From positions 34,680 to 98,679 of the forward strand of contig SVTW01000001.1 of the NCBI GenBank assembly GCA_015063585.1: DNA of 64,000 nucleotides, in the 5' to 3' direction. The stretch is from Oscillospiraceae bacterium. GTDB taxonomy: Bacteria; Bacillota; Clostridia; Oscillospirales; CAG-272. Below, piece by piece: positions 9,771-18,696 of the stretch; position 1 is the stretch's first letter, and each line of letters begins with the position of its first letter. Both the position numbers and the translations under genes were made by a program. Below the pieces are notes generated by a model. That model was given only the letters and a program-made list of their open reading frames with translations. It was not told the origin of the DNA and ran no database searches.

Positions 9771-11154
9771 ATTTTGATTCAAAATTGGAAGAATTGGGTT
9801 CAAAGCTTCCGTTTTCCATGAACAGAAGCATTAAAGAGTAGAACATGATGGGATAGATCATAAAAAACATCACATCAAGGAGACTGAACGCCAACAAAGA
9901 TAGGATTCCTACAGCAAGAAAAAGCTTTCCATGCGTTGGTGATCGAAACAGTGCTCGGATAGATAAGACGCGGTGACACAAATAAGCAAGCAGCGCCATC
10001 ACACCGCCCGAGGAAAGCAATTGAATCACGGTGTTATGATAAAGATGCGGAAAGACGCCAACATCCCATGCGGGATTCTCGTAGGACTCATAAAATCCAC
10101 AGCCAAAGATAGGCGCACGCTTGAAATTGGAGATGCCGAGCCGCCAGATCTCAAATCGCCCATTATCCGAAAAGCCTGTTTGAAGAAAGCTTTTTACAAG
10201 AACCGCCAAATGCTCCGACACCAGAAGGACCGCAACGCCCCCCAGTCCAAATACAACCGCTGTGAAAACGCGGTTGAACCGTCGATTTTTGCCGCCAATA
10301 CAAAGGATCAAAAGACAAAGCATGAGTGCAAGAGCCCCTACAAGTAATGCGCCGCGGCTTTGGGAAAGTACAATACAAAAGAATTCGAAAAAGCCAAGGA
10401 TCAGCCCAATCCAGCCGTACCGATGGGAATGCGCGAAATAAAAGCATGCGGGCATCAGCATTGCGAGCATACAGCCCACGTTTGTCCAAACGCCCCACCC
10501 TAAAATTACACTCTCCTTTACAATTTGTCCATTCTCAAAGCGCACCGTTGTAGCATATGCGAAAAGCAACTCAGCCGAAAGCAAAAGACCGATCAGAACA
10601 AGGACCGACAGAAAATAATCAAAGGTCTTTCGATCGAATCTTAGAAAGAGCGCAAAAGGAAGATAACTAACGAGTAATGGAAGCGCGATCGAACTGACAA
10701 AGAGCAAATTTTTGGGTGTATAGTTTGCGAAAAAGACTCCGTTTGTCAGCAAAATGCAGCAGAACAGGATCATGCTCCAAAAAAGAGCGCGCGAATGAAG
10801 TGGATTCGCGTTTTTTGCATTGTGCTTGAAAAAAAGAACAAAGGCAACTATCAGCGCAACCGCCAGAATCGCGGCAAGTGTTAAAACCGCGGGATTCAAA
10901 AAGCGTTCTGCCATTCCCGTTTGACTTGGCGTGTAATCCTTGACACCGATCACAAAATAAATGGAAAGATATGGGGTGATCAGAAAACGAAGGTCTGAGC
11001 AAAGCAGGAGCGCCGGAATCACAGAGAGCGCAATCAAAGCCGCAAAAAGAACGTCCAGCTCAAGAACATGCCCTAAAAACACAAGCAAAATAACCGCGAT
11101 GGGATAGTATATTCCGTCATAAAATCGACGAATGGTATCGGTATTAGCAGTCAT
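9769..11154 (-). CDS. O-antigen ligase / Wzy_C family polytopic membrane protein
   Basis: 461 aa, about 10-12 TM helices, SQSRGALL motif region typical of the Wzy_C domain; start overlaps the upstream GT4 stop (ATGA). Confidence 0.7.
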   Translation of the reverse strand: MTANTDTIRRFYDGIYYPIAVILLVFLGHVLELDVLFAALIALSVIPALLLCSDLRFLITPYLSIYFVIGVKDYTPSQTGMAERFLNPAVLTLAAILAVALIVAFVLFFKHNAKNANPLHSRALFWSMILFCCILLTNGVFFANYTPKNLLFVSSIALPLLVSYLPFALFLRFDRKTFDYFLSVLVLIGLLLSAELLFAYATTVRFENGQIVKESVILGWGVWTNVGCMLAMLMPACFYFAHSHRYGWIGLILGFFEFFCIVLSQSRGALLVGALALMLCLLILCIGGKNRRFNRVFTAVVFGLGGVAVLLVSEHLAVLVKSFLQTGFSDNGRFEIWRLGISNFKRAPIFGCGFYESYENPAWDVGVFPHLYHNTVIQLLSSGGVMALLAYLCHRVLSIRALFRSPTHGKLFLAVGILSLLAFSLLDVMFFMIYPIMFYSLMLLFMENGSFEPNSSNFESK

Positions 11155-12251
11155 AGCAACTCCATTCCTACCGTGAATTGTTGAATATTTTCTTCAAACA
11201 CCGCGTCTAATCGGTAGTTTGAAATTTCGGGATAAATAACGCTCCCCACACCGTAGCGTTTCGATTGATAAACCTGCTGTACCGCGTCGCAAAAAGCATC
11301 CATGTCCGATGCAGGATACAAAACAGCATCTGTGCCGCCAAGCAGGTCTACCTGCCCCTTTGTGTTACTCGCCACGATGGGAAGACCGCAGGACATAGCT
11401 TCCATGACGTTGAACGGAAGCCCCTCCGATATGCTGGCGGAAAGGTAGAGATCTATCACGGAAAGATACGGTAGGATCGGCGAGCGGGCACCGCAAAGAT
11501 AAATTACATCTTTCAAACCCAGCGTTGCAATTTCCTTTTCCAGTGTCTCGCGCAATCCGCCTTCTCCAATCAACAAAAGTTGGATCGGAATACCGCGTTC
11601 CCGCAATTTCGAAACTGCGTGAATCAAAAACATTTGATTTTTTCTGCGGCTCAATTCCCCAACAAAACCGCAAACAAAAGCGGGGCCATGCCCTACAAGC
11701 GACGCGCGGAGTGTAAGATCCTTATCGGGAACTACGTCAGACAGTGTGATGCCCATACCGCGAATTGAAAAGACCCTGCCGCAACAAAGCTTGTGTTCCG
11801 TGGCAATCAGAAGATCCTCGGCGTTCATTACGGCAATTTCATCGGTTTTGCCGCGCAGGAGTGATTCACACAGCAACAAGATTCGATCCGATAGCCTTTT
11901 GGGCTTTGACGGAAAAAGATAACCGTGAACCACATTCAGGACAAAAGGACGGCGACGAAGCCCGATCATAGCCGCGCGGATCAAAAAAGCGGCAAGAGTG
12001 GTATGCAATATCACAGCATCAAACCGTTCACGCTTCAAAATGGAACGAATCCGCAAAATACTTTTCAGATTTCCAAAACTGAAAAACGATTTATGAAACG
12101 CAATTGAAAAATCAACGGCATTTCCCGTTGCCATAGTAAATACGCGATTCTTTTTACGTAGCTCCGCTATATACGGCATATGAAAATTTTTCAGATGGGA
12201 TTCGGTGGAGGCAGCGTAAAGAATTTTCTTGGATTCAAAATTCGCTGCCAT
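11151..12251 (-). CDS. glycosyltransferase family 4 (GT-B)
   Basis: ORF trimmed to [16 protein letters not shown] (ATG at 12251); C-terminal EGLPFNVMEAMSCGLPIVAS motif of GT4 enzymes. Confidence 0.85.
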   Translation of the reverse strand: MAANFESKKILYAASTESHLKNFHMPYIAELRKKNRVFTMATGNAVDFSIAFHKSFFSFGNLKSILRIRSILKRERFDAVILHTTLAAFLIRAAMIGLRRRPFVLNVVHGYLFPSKPKRLSDRILLLCESLLRGKTDEIAVMNAEDLLIATEHKLCCGRVFSIRGMGITLSDVVPDKDLTLRASLVGHGPAFVCGFVGELSRRKNQMFLIHAVSKLRERGIPIQLLLIGEGGLRETLEKEIATLGLKDVIYLCGARSPILPYLSVIDLYLSASISEGLPFNVMEAMSCGLPIVASNTKGQVDLLGGTDAVLYPASDMDAFCDAVQQVYQSKRYGVGSVIYPEISNYRLDAVFEENIQQFTVGMELL

Positions 12252-13716
12252 TTTTTTCGCCCTCCGATGCGGAATGACTTGTCCCCTGTCGGCGTGCCTT
12301 TCGTTGTTCCGCCTCGGCTTCCTTTGCCGCATACTTTTCATGACGGTTCACGGCACAAAACGGGGTGATCAGCATAATTCGAATATCGCCCCAAAACGTC
12401 CAATTTTCGATATAATTGATATCCTCATCAATGCGAGCTTGAATGGAGGTGTCGCCACGCAAGCCTTTCACTTGGGCAAGACCTGTAATTCCGGGGCGAA
12501 GCGTGTGCTTGAGCATATAAAGCGGCACTTCTTTTTTGAATTTTTCAACGTAAAAAGGAACCTCGGGACGCGGTCCCACGAGACTCATATCGCCTTTTAA
12601 TACGTTGAAAAACTGCGGAAGCTCATCGAGCGCAAATTTTCGGATAAAGGCACCGAAACGCGTTTTGCGAGGATCGTTTTCGGTTGACCAACCGGTAGTT
12701 TCCGAATCATTTACACGCATGGAACGGAACTTATACATGGTAAATTCGCGATTATTACGCCCCACGCGGGTCTGACGGAACAGGATTGGTCCCGGAGATG
12801 ACAGGCGCACACCGATCGCAGTGAACAGCATGAGGGGCAAGGTCAGAAGAATCAGAATCAAAGAACCGATCACATCGGTTATCCGTTTGAGAACACGGTT
12901 GGAAATATTATCAAGCGGTGTAGAACGAATGTCGATCAGCGGCAGATTACCAAGCTCTGTTACCTGCCGAGGCGAACGGAAATAACCGCAAATTGCAGGC
13001 ACGACCATGATCTTGATACAATTGTTGTTGCAAATTGTAATATATTTCGTGATCAAACGTTTTCGTACTGTATCAAATGCAAGCACGACCTCATCGGGGC
13101 GTAGCTCCTTGAGGAGTCGGTCAAGATCTCCCGTTGTTCCAAGATGCGGCAATCCGATCACGTTCAAATTTCCAACGTAACCGATTACCGAATAACCGAA
13201 CTGCGGGTTGTTCAATATCTCCTCCATGTACGCGTCCGCCATCTCTTGGCTGTCTGTTACAAGCAAGATATGCTTGATATTCCGTTTTCTCGCGCGTAAA
13301 CTGCGCAAAAAAGAGATCATAGCAATCTTTTTCGCCATTACAACAAGCGTTGCGAAAATAACCGTTAAAATGAGCCACGAGATATATGCGGTGGTGTTAT
13401 TTTGATGCAAGAGATAAATTACGAAGACCGAAAAAGCGGTGGTTCCCGAATTTACAAGCAAAATGCGCCCAACAAAAAACAATACGCCGCGTGTACGCAT
13501 CGGAAGATAGATGTTGTAATAATTATAAAAGAAGGAGGTGATCAGGCATAAAATGCTGATCACAAAAACAGCTCTGCCATTTCCGATTCGAAATTCGGCA
13601 GGATACATGATCTTTGTAATGAGATACGACACAAAAGCCGCAAGAAAATTGATACAGTAATCTATAAATTTATCGAGACCGGACAAAAGATACCGATAAT
13701 CCTTTTTGGAATTCAT
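12235..13716 (-). CDS. polyprenyl-phosphate sugar phosphotransferase (WbaP/CpsE-type priming enzyme)
   Basis: N-terminal TM helices plus a C-terminal bacterial sugar transferase domain ([38 protein letters not shown]). Start at 13716 follows AAAGGAGG. Confidence 0.85.
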   Translation of the reverse strand: MNSKKDYRYLLSGLDKFIDYCINFLAAFVSYLITKIMYPAEFRIGNGRAVFVISILCLITSFFYNYYNIYLPMRTRGVLFFVGRILLVNSGTTAFSVFVIYLLHQNNTTAYISWLILTVIFATLVVMAKKIAMISFLRSLRARKRNIKHILLVTDSQEMADAYMEEILNNPQFGYSVIGYVGNLNVIGLPHLGTTGDLDRLLKELRPDEVVLAFDTVRKRLITKYITICNNNCIKIMVVPAICGYFRSPRQVTELGNLPLIDIRSTPLDNISNRVLKRITDVIGSLILILLTLPLMLFTAIGVRLSSPGPILFRQTRVGRNNREFTMYKFRSMRVNDSETTGWSTENDPRKTRFGAFIRKFALDELPQFFNVLKGDMSLVGPRPEVPFYVEKFKKEVPLYMLKHTLRPGITGLAQVKGLRGDTSIQARIDEDINYIENWTFWGDIRIMLITPFCAVNRHEKYAAKEAEAEQRKARRQGTSHSASEGEKNGSEF

Positions 13717-13833
13717 CTTGTCGGATGCCTCCTTTCGCATAGTTGTTCCGCAGAATGCGTCTTTAATTATTATTCTACCATATTTTATAAAAAAATGCAA
13801 CTCATATCGAATAAAAAACGCGATTCTTTTCAT

Positions 13834-13908
13834 AAAAAAGAAAATTGCCCCGAAAGCACGCAAAGGAACCGCATTTTATCGCGGAATGCGCATCATTCGG
13901 GGCAATTT
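13834..13908 (-). terminator. rho-independent terminator downstream of prs
   Basis: 13-bp stem AAATTGCCCCGAA/TTCGGGGCAATTT with a long structured loop, followed by a T-run on the minus strand. Confidence 0.55.
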
Positions 13909-13923
13909 ATGATCTTTTAAGGA

Positions 13924-15078
13924 TTATTCTTCGTCAAAGGAGATCTTCATCTGTGCGGCAAGCTCACTGCGGTGCTTGTCCATCAAGGCCTGAATTCTCT
14001 TTACGGGATTGAGGAGCGAGCTGATAGTAGCATCGTTATTGAGCGTGTCAACCAGATATGCCACGTACTTGCACATATTAACCTCAACAAACCAAGGCTT
14101 TTGCAAAAGCTCGGGGCGGCGGTAAATCAGGTTGGTTGTGAAAACGCGATCGAAAATACCGTCCTTGAAAGCCTGATCAAACTTGTCAAAGCCATCGGTA
14201 AAGAGACCGAAGGTTGCAAAGCAGAATACACGGTTTGCGCCCTTCTCCTTGAGCTGCTTGCAAACGTCCAGCATGGATTCGCCCGAGGAGATCATGTCGT
14301 CAACCACAACAGCGTCCTTGCCATGGAGATCCTGTCCGAGATATTCGTGTGCCTCAATCGGGTTCTTACCGTTGATGACAACCGAATAATTTCTTCTCTT
14401 ATAGAACATTCCGATATCAAGACCAAGCACGGAGCTATAGTACATGCAACGGGACATTGCACCCTCATCGGGAGAAATGATTGCCATATGATCCTTATCG
14501 ATCTGAACGTCGGGAATGGCACGTACCATTGCCTTGATCATCTGGTAGGTGGGCTGAACGTTGTCAAAGCCCGAAAGCGGGATCGCATTGGAAATGCGGG
14601 AATCGTGCGCATCAAAGGTCAGAATATTGGAAACGCCCATCGAAACAAGCTCTTGGAGCATCAGCGCACAGTCAAGCGACTCACGGCTTGATCGCTTGTG
14701 CTGACGGCCCTCGTAAAGCATCGGCATGATAACCGTGATGCGGCGAGCTTTACCGCCGATTGCGGCGATGATACGCTTGAGGTCGGCATAGTGATCATCG
14801 GGACTCATCGGAACAACGTTTCCGTACATCTTGTAGGTAACACCGTAATTGAAGACATCGCAAAGAATATAAACATCCTTGCCGCGCATGGAATTGTGAA
14901 GAATTCCCTTGCCTTCTCCCGATCCGAAACGGGGACAATCTGCGATGATCGAGAAACCGTTATCCTCGCCCGCACCGCGTCTGCGCCAATCCTTCAAGTA
15001 GTTGTCAACCTGCTCCGTGAAGCGCTCACAGCCCTTCATTCCGATTACAACGAGTTCTCCGCTTTGACTGTTCTTCAT
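13924..15078 (-). CDS. prs: ribose-phosphate pyrophosphokinase family protein
   Basis: PRPP-binding VVDDMISSGESM motif and DAHD motif. Start at the ATG at 15078, 5 nt after GGAGG. Confidence 0.85.
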   Translation of the reverse strand: MKNSQSGELVVIGMKGCERFTEQVDNYLKDWRRRGAGEDNGFSIIADCPRFGSGEGKGILHNSMRGKDVYILCDVFNYGVTYKMYGNVVPMSPDDHYADLKRIIAAIGGKARRITVIMPMLYEGRQHKRSSRESLDCALMLQELVSMGVSNILTFDAHDSRISNAIPLSGFDNVQPTYQMIKAMVRAIPDVQIDKDHMAIISPDEGAMSRCMYYSSVLGLDIGMFYKRRNYSVVINGKNPIEAHEYLGQDLHGKDAVVVDDMISSGESMLDVCKQLKEKGANRVFCFATFGLFTDGFDKFDQAFKDGIFDRVFTTNLIYRRPELLQKPWFVEVNMCKYVAYLVDTLNNDATISSLLNPVKRIQALMDKHRSELAAQMKISFDEE

Positions 15079-15167
15079 AACACCCTCCAAAGTTGTATGT
15101 TTTTTCTTTTTTATATCCCCTATTACCGAATAAAGCTCCCTTTATCGGCCTGACAGGTCTTTTTTTG

Positions 15168-16640
15168 TCAGTTTAATAAACCAAAACGTTCAAAAGCCTC
15201 ATCCCATGCGGCTCGCTCGGGGGTTGGCTCATAGTGCTTCAGCGCAAAGGAATTGGAAACGATCCTGCGTGCCTCTTGCAGGTCCGCAACATCTCCGGCT
15301 GCGATCAACTGCATCATCAGGTTGCCGATTGCGGTTGCCTCCTCGGGTCCTGCGGATACGGGAATACCGCTTGCATCGGCGGTCATTTGGCTCAGGAAAT
15401 GATCCTTTGTACCACCACCTACCACGTAGATCACCTTAGCAGGCTTTCCCATCAACGCTTCAATTGATTCTGCGGTCATACGGTATTTCAACGCTAAGCT
15501 CTCGTAAATGCAACGAACGATCTCGCCCACCGTTTGGGGAACGTACTGTCCGGTTCGGCGGCAATATTCGCGAATTCGTTCAGGCATATTTCCGGGAGTA
15601 GCAAAGGATGCGTCGTCCGGATTGATAAAGGAACGAAGCGGTTGGGCTTCTCTTGCCCATGCTTCCATTTGCGCAAAGGAATAGTCCTTTCCCTCTCGCT
15701 TCCATTGGCGTCTCGACTCTTGAATGAGCCACAATCCCATAATATTTTTCAGGAATCGGATCGTTCCCATCGCACCGCCCTCATTGGTAAGATTCAAACG
15801 TTGTGATTGTTCGTTGATCAGCGGATCCCTCAGCTCGGTTCCCATCAGGGACCACGTTCCGCTGCTGATGTAAATAAAGTCTTCTTCCTCGGTCGGCACC
15901 GCAATCACCGCGCTCGCGGTATCATGCGAAGCAACCGTGATGACCTCCGCGTCGGTTTGACCGGTTTCTTCAAGAACCTGCGGCAAGAGCTTTCCAACGC
16001 GGTGACCCGGCTGAACGATCTCCCCAAACAAACGACGCGGGATGCCGAGACGTGCCAAAATCGATTCGGCATAATCACGCTCCTTCGCGTCAAGCAAAGC
16101 GCCCGTGGAAAGGATCGTATATTCATTGCACATATTTCCCGTTAGGAAATAGTTAAGCAGGTCGGGAATATTGAGCATCCGTTCGGCGCGCGCAAACACA
16201 TCGGGATCATCGCGCAGATCGGCGGCAAGCTGAAAGATTGTATTAAAATCAAGGCATTGAATACCCGCGATCTGATAAAGCTCGTCAAGTGAGAGCGTTT
16301 CATTTACATAGTCGGCAATTCCCTTTGTTCGGGTATCCCGATAATGCGTTGGGTTGGCAAGCATTCTGCCAAAGCGGTCGATCAAAGCATAGTCCACACC
16401 CCACGTGTCAATTCCGATGGAGGAGATTGCATCCCCTTCCAAAACCGTTTTGGTGATGGATTGCTTGATCTCATGAAAAATGCGGAGAATATCCCAATAC
16501 ATTCTCCCATTCACAATTACGGGATCGTTTGAAAAACGGTGATTTTCGGTAAGTGTGAGACGAGAACCGTCAAACGTTCCGACAATTCCGCGCCCGCTCG
16601 ACGCACCGAGATCGATTGCAAGCATCTTTTTGAGTGCCAT
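15168..16640 (-). CDS. rhaB: rhamnulokinase-like FGGY-family sugar kinase
   Basis: N-terminus LAIDLGASSGRGIVG...NHRFSN...GRMYWD is typical of RhaB. Start at the second ATG (16640), after GGAGG. Confidence 0.75.
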   Translation of the reverse strand: MALKKMLAIDLGASSGRGIVGTFDGSRLTLTENHRFSNDPVIVNGRMYWDILRIFHEIKQSITKTVLEGDAISSIGIDTWGVDYALIDRFGRMLANPTHYRDTRTKGIADYVNETLSLDELYQIAGIQCLDFNTIFQLAADLRDDPDVFARAERMLNIPDLLNYFLTGNMCNEYTILSTGALLDAKERDYAESILARLGIPRRLFGEIVQPGHRVGKLLPQVLEETGQTDAEVITVASHDTASAVIAVPTEEEDFIYISSGTWSLMGTELRDPLINEQSQRLNLTNEGGAMGTIRFLKNIMGLWLIQESRRQWKREGKDYSFAQMEAWAREAQPLRSFINPDDASFATPGNMPERIREYCRRTGQYVPQTVGEIVRCIYESLALKYRMTAESIEALMGKPAKVIYVVGGGTKDHFLSQMTADASGIPVSAGPEEATAIGNLMMQLIAAGDVADLQEARRIVSNSFALKHYEPTPERAAWDEAFERFGLLN

Positions 16641-16811
16641 GAAAACCTCCATTTGCAGATACTCTATACTACATTAGATTATACCATAAAGCGACAAAAA
16701 ATGTATGAATTTTTTATGAACACGCCATTCTTATTATGCACAAAAATTAATTTAAAAATCATGAAAAAAGCACAAAAATATAAAAAATAAAAGAGAAAAA
16801 GAAAAAAAGAA

Positions 16812-16840
16812 TTGACACACCTAAATTGTTATGATATAAT
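16812..16840 (+). promoter_or_regulatory. sigma-A promoter (TTGACA-17-TATAAT)
   Basis: Perfect consensus hexamers with a 17-nt spacer upstream of the phosphoesterase gene. Confidence 0.6.
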
Positions 16841-16875
16841 TTGAAATATTCTAACCTATGAAAGGGAAAAATAAT

Positions 16876-17982
16876 ATGAAAAAAATCAGAGTTTTTTGTC
16901 TTTTATTGACGCTATGCATGTTCCTGTCGTTGGCGGTAGGATGTGATTTTATCAATCTTCTCGGTAACGATTCTACCGACACAGGCACCGATGATACAAC
17001 CGAATCGGAAAGCGAATCGGATAGCGAATCGGTCGGCGATTCCGAATCGAGCTCAACAACGGAAAGCAACACGGAGGAAACAACGACCGAAAAAGATACC
17101 GAAACCGAAACCGATCCGCCGGCGGATGATGAATACCGCGTTCTCCTTACCTCTGATATGCATTACACTTCCCTCTCCTCCTATTATGGCATGGACAGAG
17201 ACGTTCGCCTGCAATATTGGGTGAACGGAATTTTGGACGAACATAAGAGAGATCCCTTTGATCTGATCATCATTCTTGGCGACATGTCGCTTGACTATTG
17301 GGGCTGGAACGGTGGTGGAAGCTATCAGCGCAACCCCTCGGTAAGTGATACACAAAAATTCATGGAAAAATATGTTTCGCAGCTTCCCCAAGATGTACCG
17401 ACGATCGTACTCCCCGGCAACCATGAGCTTTATACCAATGAAAAATGGAAGCAAATTACCGGCAACAACCGCAATGAATCCTTTGTTTTAGGTGAAAACC
17501 TCTTTGTTATGCCCGACTCGTTTAGCGGCGCAATTGATCCGGCTTACGTTGGTGGCGGAAAAAATGACAGCCCCTACAAGGCGGTGGATATGACCTTTGT
17601 TCAAGCTGAAATTGATAAGCACCCCGAATGCAAAAATATTTTCTTGATTTCTCACCATTTTGATCTTTCTAAGGAAAGCAACGAATTTAAGAATCTACTG
17701 AAAACCGAAACAAGAATCGTTGGTCTTTTCTCCGGTCATACACACAGCAATAAAGCGAAAGACCTGGGCGCGGAATATAACGGACTCCGCATTGCGCAAA
17801 CCGGTAACTTTGCCTCCTACAGTGACGAAACAGTAGCGAATTTCTCTTGGGGATACCGCGATCTACAAATCAGCGATCAGCTTATCAAATCCACCTATAT
17901 TGTTCCCGGTGATTGCTTCTATATCGTAGGCAGCAAAACCTATAAATCCACCCGCACATTCTCAAACATTGTTTTCTATTGA
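16876..17982 (+). CDS. secreted lipoprotein metallophosphoesterase
   Basis: Lipobox LAVGC, acidic S/T/D/E-rich linker, calcineurin-like motifs (DMHY, GDMS, GNHE, SHH, GHTH); an alternative start exists at 16858. Confidence 0.8.
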   Translation: MKKIRVFCLLLTLCMFLSLAVGCDFINLLGNDSTDTGTDDTTESESESDSESVGDSESSSTTESNTEETTTEKDTETETDPPADDEYRVLLTSDMHYTSLSSYYGMDRDVRLQYWVNGILDEHKRDPFDLIIILGDMSLDYWGWNGGGSYQRNPSVSDTQKFMEKYVSQLPQDVPTIVLPGNHELYTNEKWKQITGNNRNESFVLGENLFVMPDSFSGAIDPAYVGGGKNDSPYKAVDMTFVQAEIDKHPECKNIFLISHHFDLSKESNEFKNLLKTETRIVGLFSGHTHSNKAKDLGAEYNGLRIAQTGNFASYSDETVANFSWGYRDLQISDQLIKSTYIVPGDCFYIVGSKTYKSTRTFSNIVFY

Positions 17983-18015
17983 TTTTTTCGCACACAATTG
18001 CAAATAAGTTCAACG

Positions 18016-18054
18016 AAAAAATGCACGTCTTTTTGGTAGGACGTGCATTTTTTT
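18016..18054 (+). terminator. rho-independent terminator
   Basis: ATGCACGTC/GACGTGCAT stem flanked by an A-run and a 6-T run. Confidence 0.8.
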
Positions 18055-18084
18055 GAATTTTTTTATTTTTTTCTGAAAAAGGTA

Positions 18085-18113
18085 TTGCAATTTTAAAAGT
18101 TATGTGTTATAAT
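18085..18113 (+). promoter_or_regulatory. sigma-A promoter with extended -10 (TTGCAA-17-TGT-TATAAT)
   Basis: -35 at 18085-18090, TGn plus TATAAT at 18105-18113. This is the only strong promoter upstream of the repeat units and tRNA-Ser. Confidence 0.6.
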
Positions 18114-18186
18114 ATCATACGTTGCGGTGAACAGCCGCAATACAAGAAAGTTAAAAATTAGACCCTTTCAGGGTTTAATTATATAT

Positions 18187-18329
18187 GGAGAGATATCGAA
18201 GTGGGGACGTTGCCGAGCGCTGCCGGGGGCAGGTAAAGCGAGGCATAAGGAGTGGCAGCGGTCGAAATTTTGCAAGCAAGGCGAGCTAAAATTTCGGGTA
18301 CCGCAACAGGGTCATAACGGGGCGCCCCG
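18187..18329 (+). ncRNA. tRNA-Ser-derived chimeric structured RNA unit 1 (unclassified)
   Basis: tRNA nt 1-18, then a 107-nt insert (18205-18311), then tRNA nt 19-30, then the CGGGGCGCCCCG hairpin. It lacks the anticodon loop, T arm and 3' acceptor strand. Confidence 0.4.
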
Positions 18330-18375
18330 CAAGATAAATTAAAAAATTAGACTCTTTTAGAGTTTAATTATATAT

Positions 18376-18518
18376 GGAGAGATGTCGAAGTGGGGACGTT
18401 GCCGAGCGCTGCCGGGGGCAGGTAAAGCGAGGCATAAGGAGTGGCAGCGGTCGAAATTTTGCAAGCAAGGCGAGCTAAAATTTCGGGTACCGCAACAGGG
18501 TCATAACGGGGTGCCCCG
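18376..18518 (+). ncRNA. tRNA-Ser-derived chimeric structured RNA unit 2 (unclassified)
   Basis: Same architecture as unit 1; insert 18394-18500 is identical to the unit 1 insert. Confidence 0.4.
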
Positions 18519-18565
18519 CAAGATAAATTAAAAAAATTAGACTCTTTTAGAGTTTAATTATATAT

Positions 18566-18654
18566 GGAGAGATATCGAAGTGGTCATAACGGGGCTGACT
18601 CGAAATCAGTTTGTGCGCAAGCACACGAGGGTTCGAATCCCTCTCTCTCCGCCA
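18566..18654 (+). tRNA. tRNA-Ser (anticodon CGA)
   Basis: Manual cloverleaf. Acceptor GGAGAGA/TCTCTCC; anticodon stem GCTGA/TCAGT with loop CTCGAAA. Long variable arm GTGC-GCAA-GCAC; T arm GAGGG-TTCGAAT-CCCTC; encoded CCA. Confidence 0.9.
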
Positions 18655-18656
18655 AC

Positions 18657-18696
18657 AAAAAACGCACTTTTGTCTACCGACAAAGGTGCGTTTTTT
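18657..18696 (+). terminator. rho-independent terminator of the tRNA-Ser transcription unit
   Basis: 13-bp stem ACGCACTTTTGTC/GACAAAGGTGCGT followed by TTTTTT. Confidence 0.85.

Larger units (their letters stand above)
18151..18595 (+). repeat. tandem direct repeat, period 189/190 bp, 2.3 copies, ending inside tRNA-Ser
   Basis: The GGAGAGAT motif recurs at 18187, 18376 and 18566. Units differ by 5 substitutions and 1 indel, all outside the 107-nt core. Confidence 0.9.

Noticed and set aside
16975-17110. Short-period tandem repeat (gaatcgga/agcgaatcgg units)
   Set aside because: It lies in-frame within the phosphoesterase gene and encodes an S/T/D/E-rich linker after the lipobox. This is coding low complexity, not a regulatory repeat.
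18185-18289. 34-aa arginine-rich ORF (MERYRSGDVAERCRGQVKRGIRSGSGRNFASKAS) present in both repeat units, reminiscent of the protamine-like Tpr peptide in E. coli rtT repeats
   Set aside because: It has no Shine-Dalgarno sequence, and its ATG overlaps the tRNA 5' end in an AT-rich leader. Its conservation follows trivially from the identical insert. I keep it only as a low-probability alternative, testable by Ribo-seq.
18127-18342. 71-aa basic ORF covering repeat unit 1
   Set aside because: The frame is not preserved in the otherwise near-identical unit 2, where stops occur immediately. It has a non-ATG start and no RBS, and it runs through tRNA-like and hairpin sequence.
18151-18595. Possible CRISPR array or integrative-element att duplication at the tRNA
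   Set aside because: The repeats are 189-190 bp and directly contiguous, with no spacers. No cas, integrase or cargo genes are present. The duplicated tRNA portion is the 5' end, not the 3' end.
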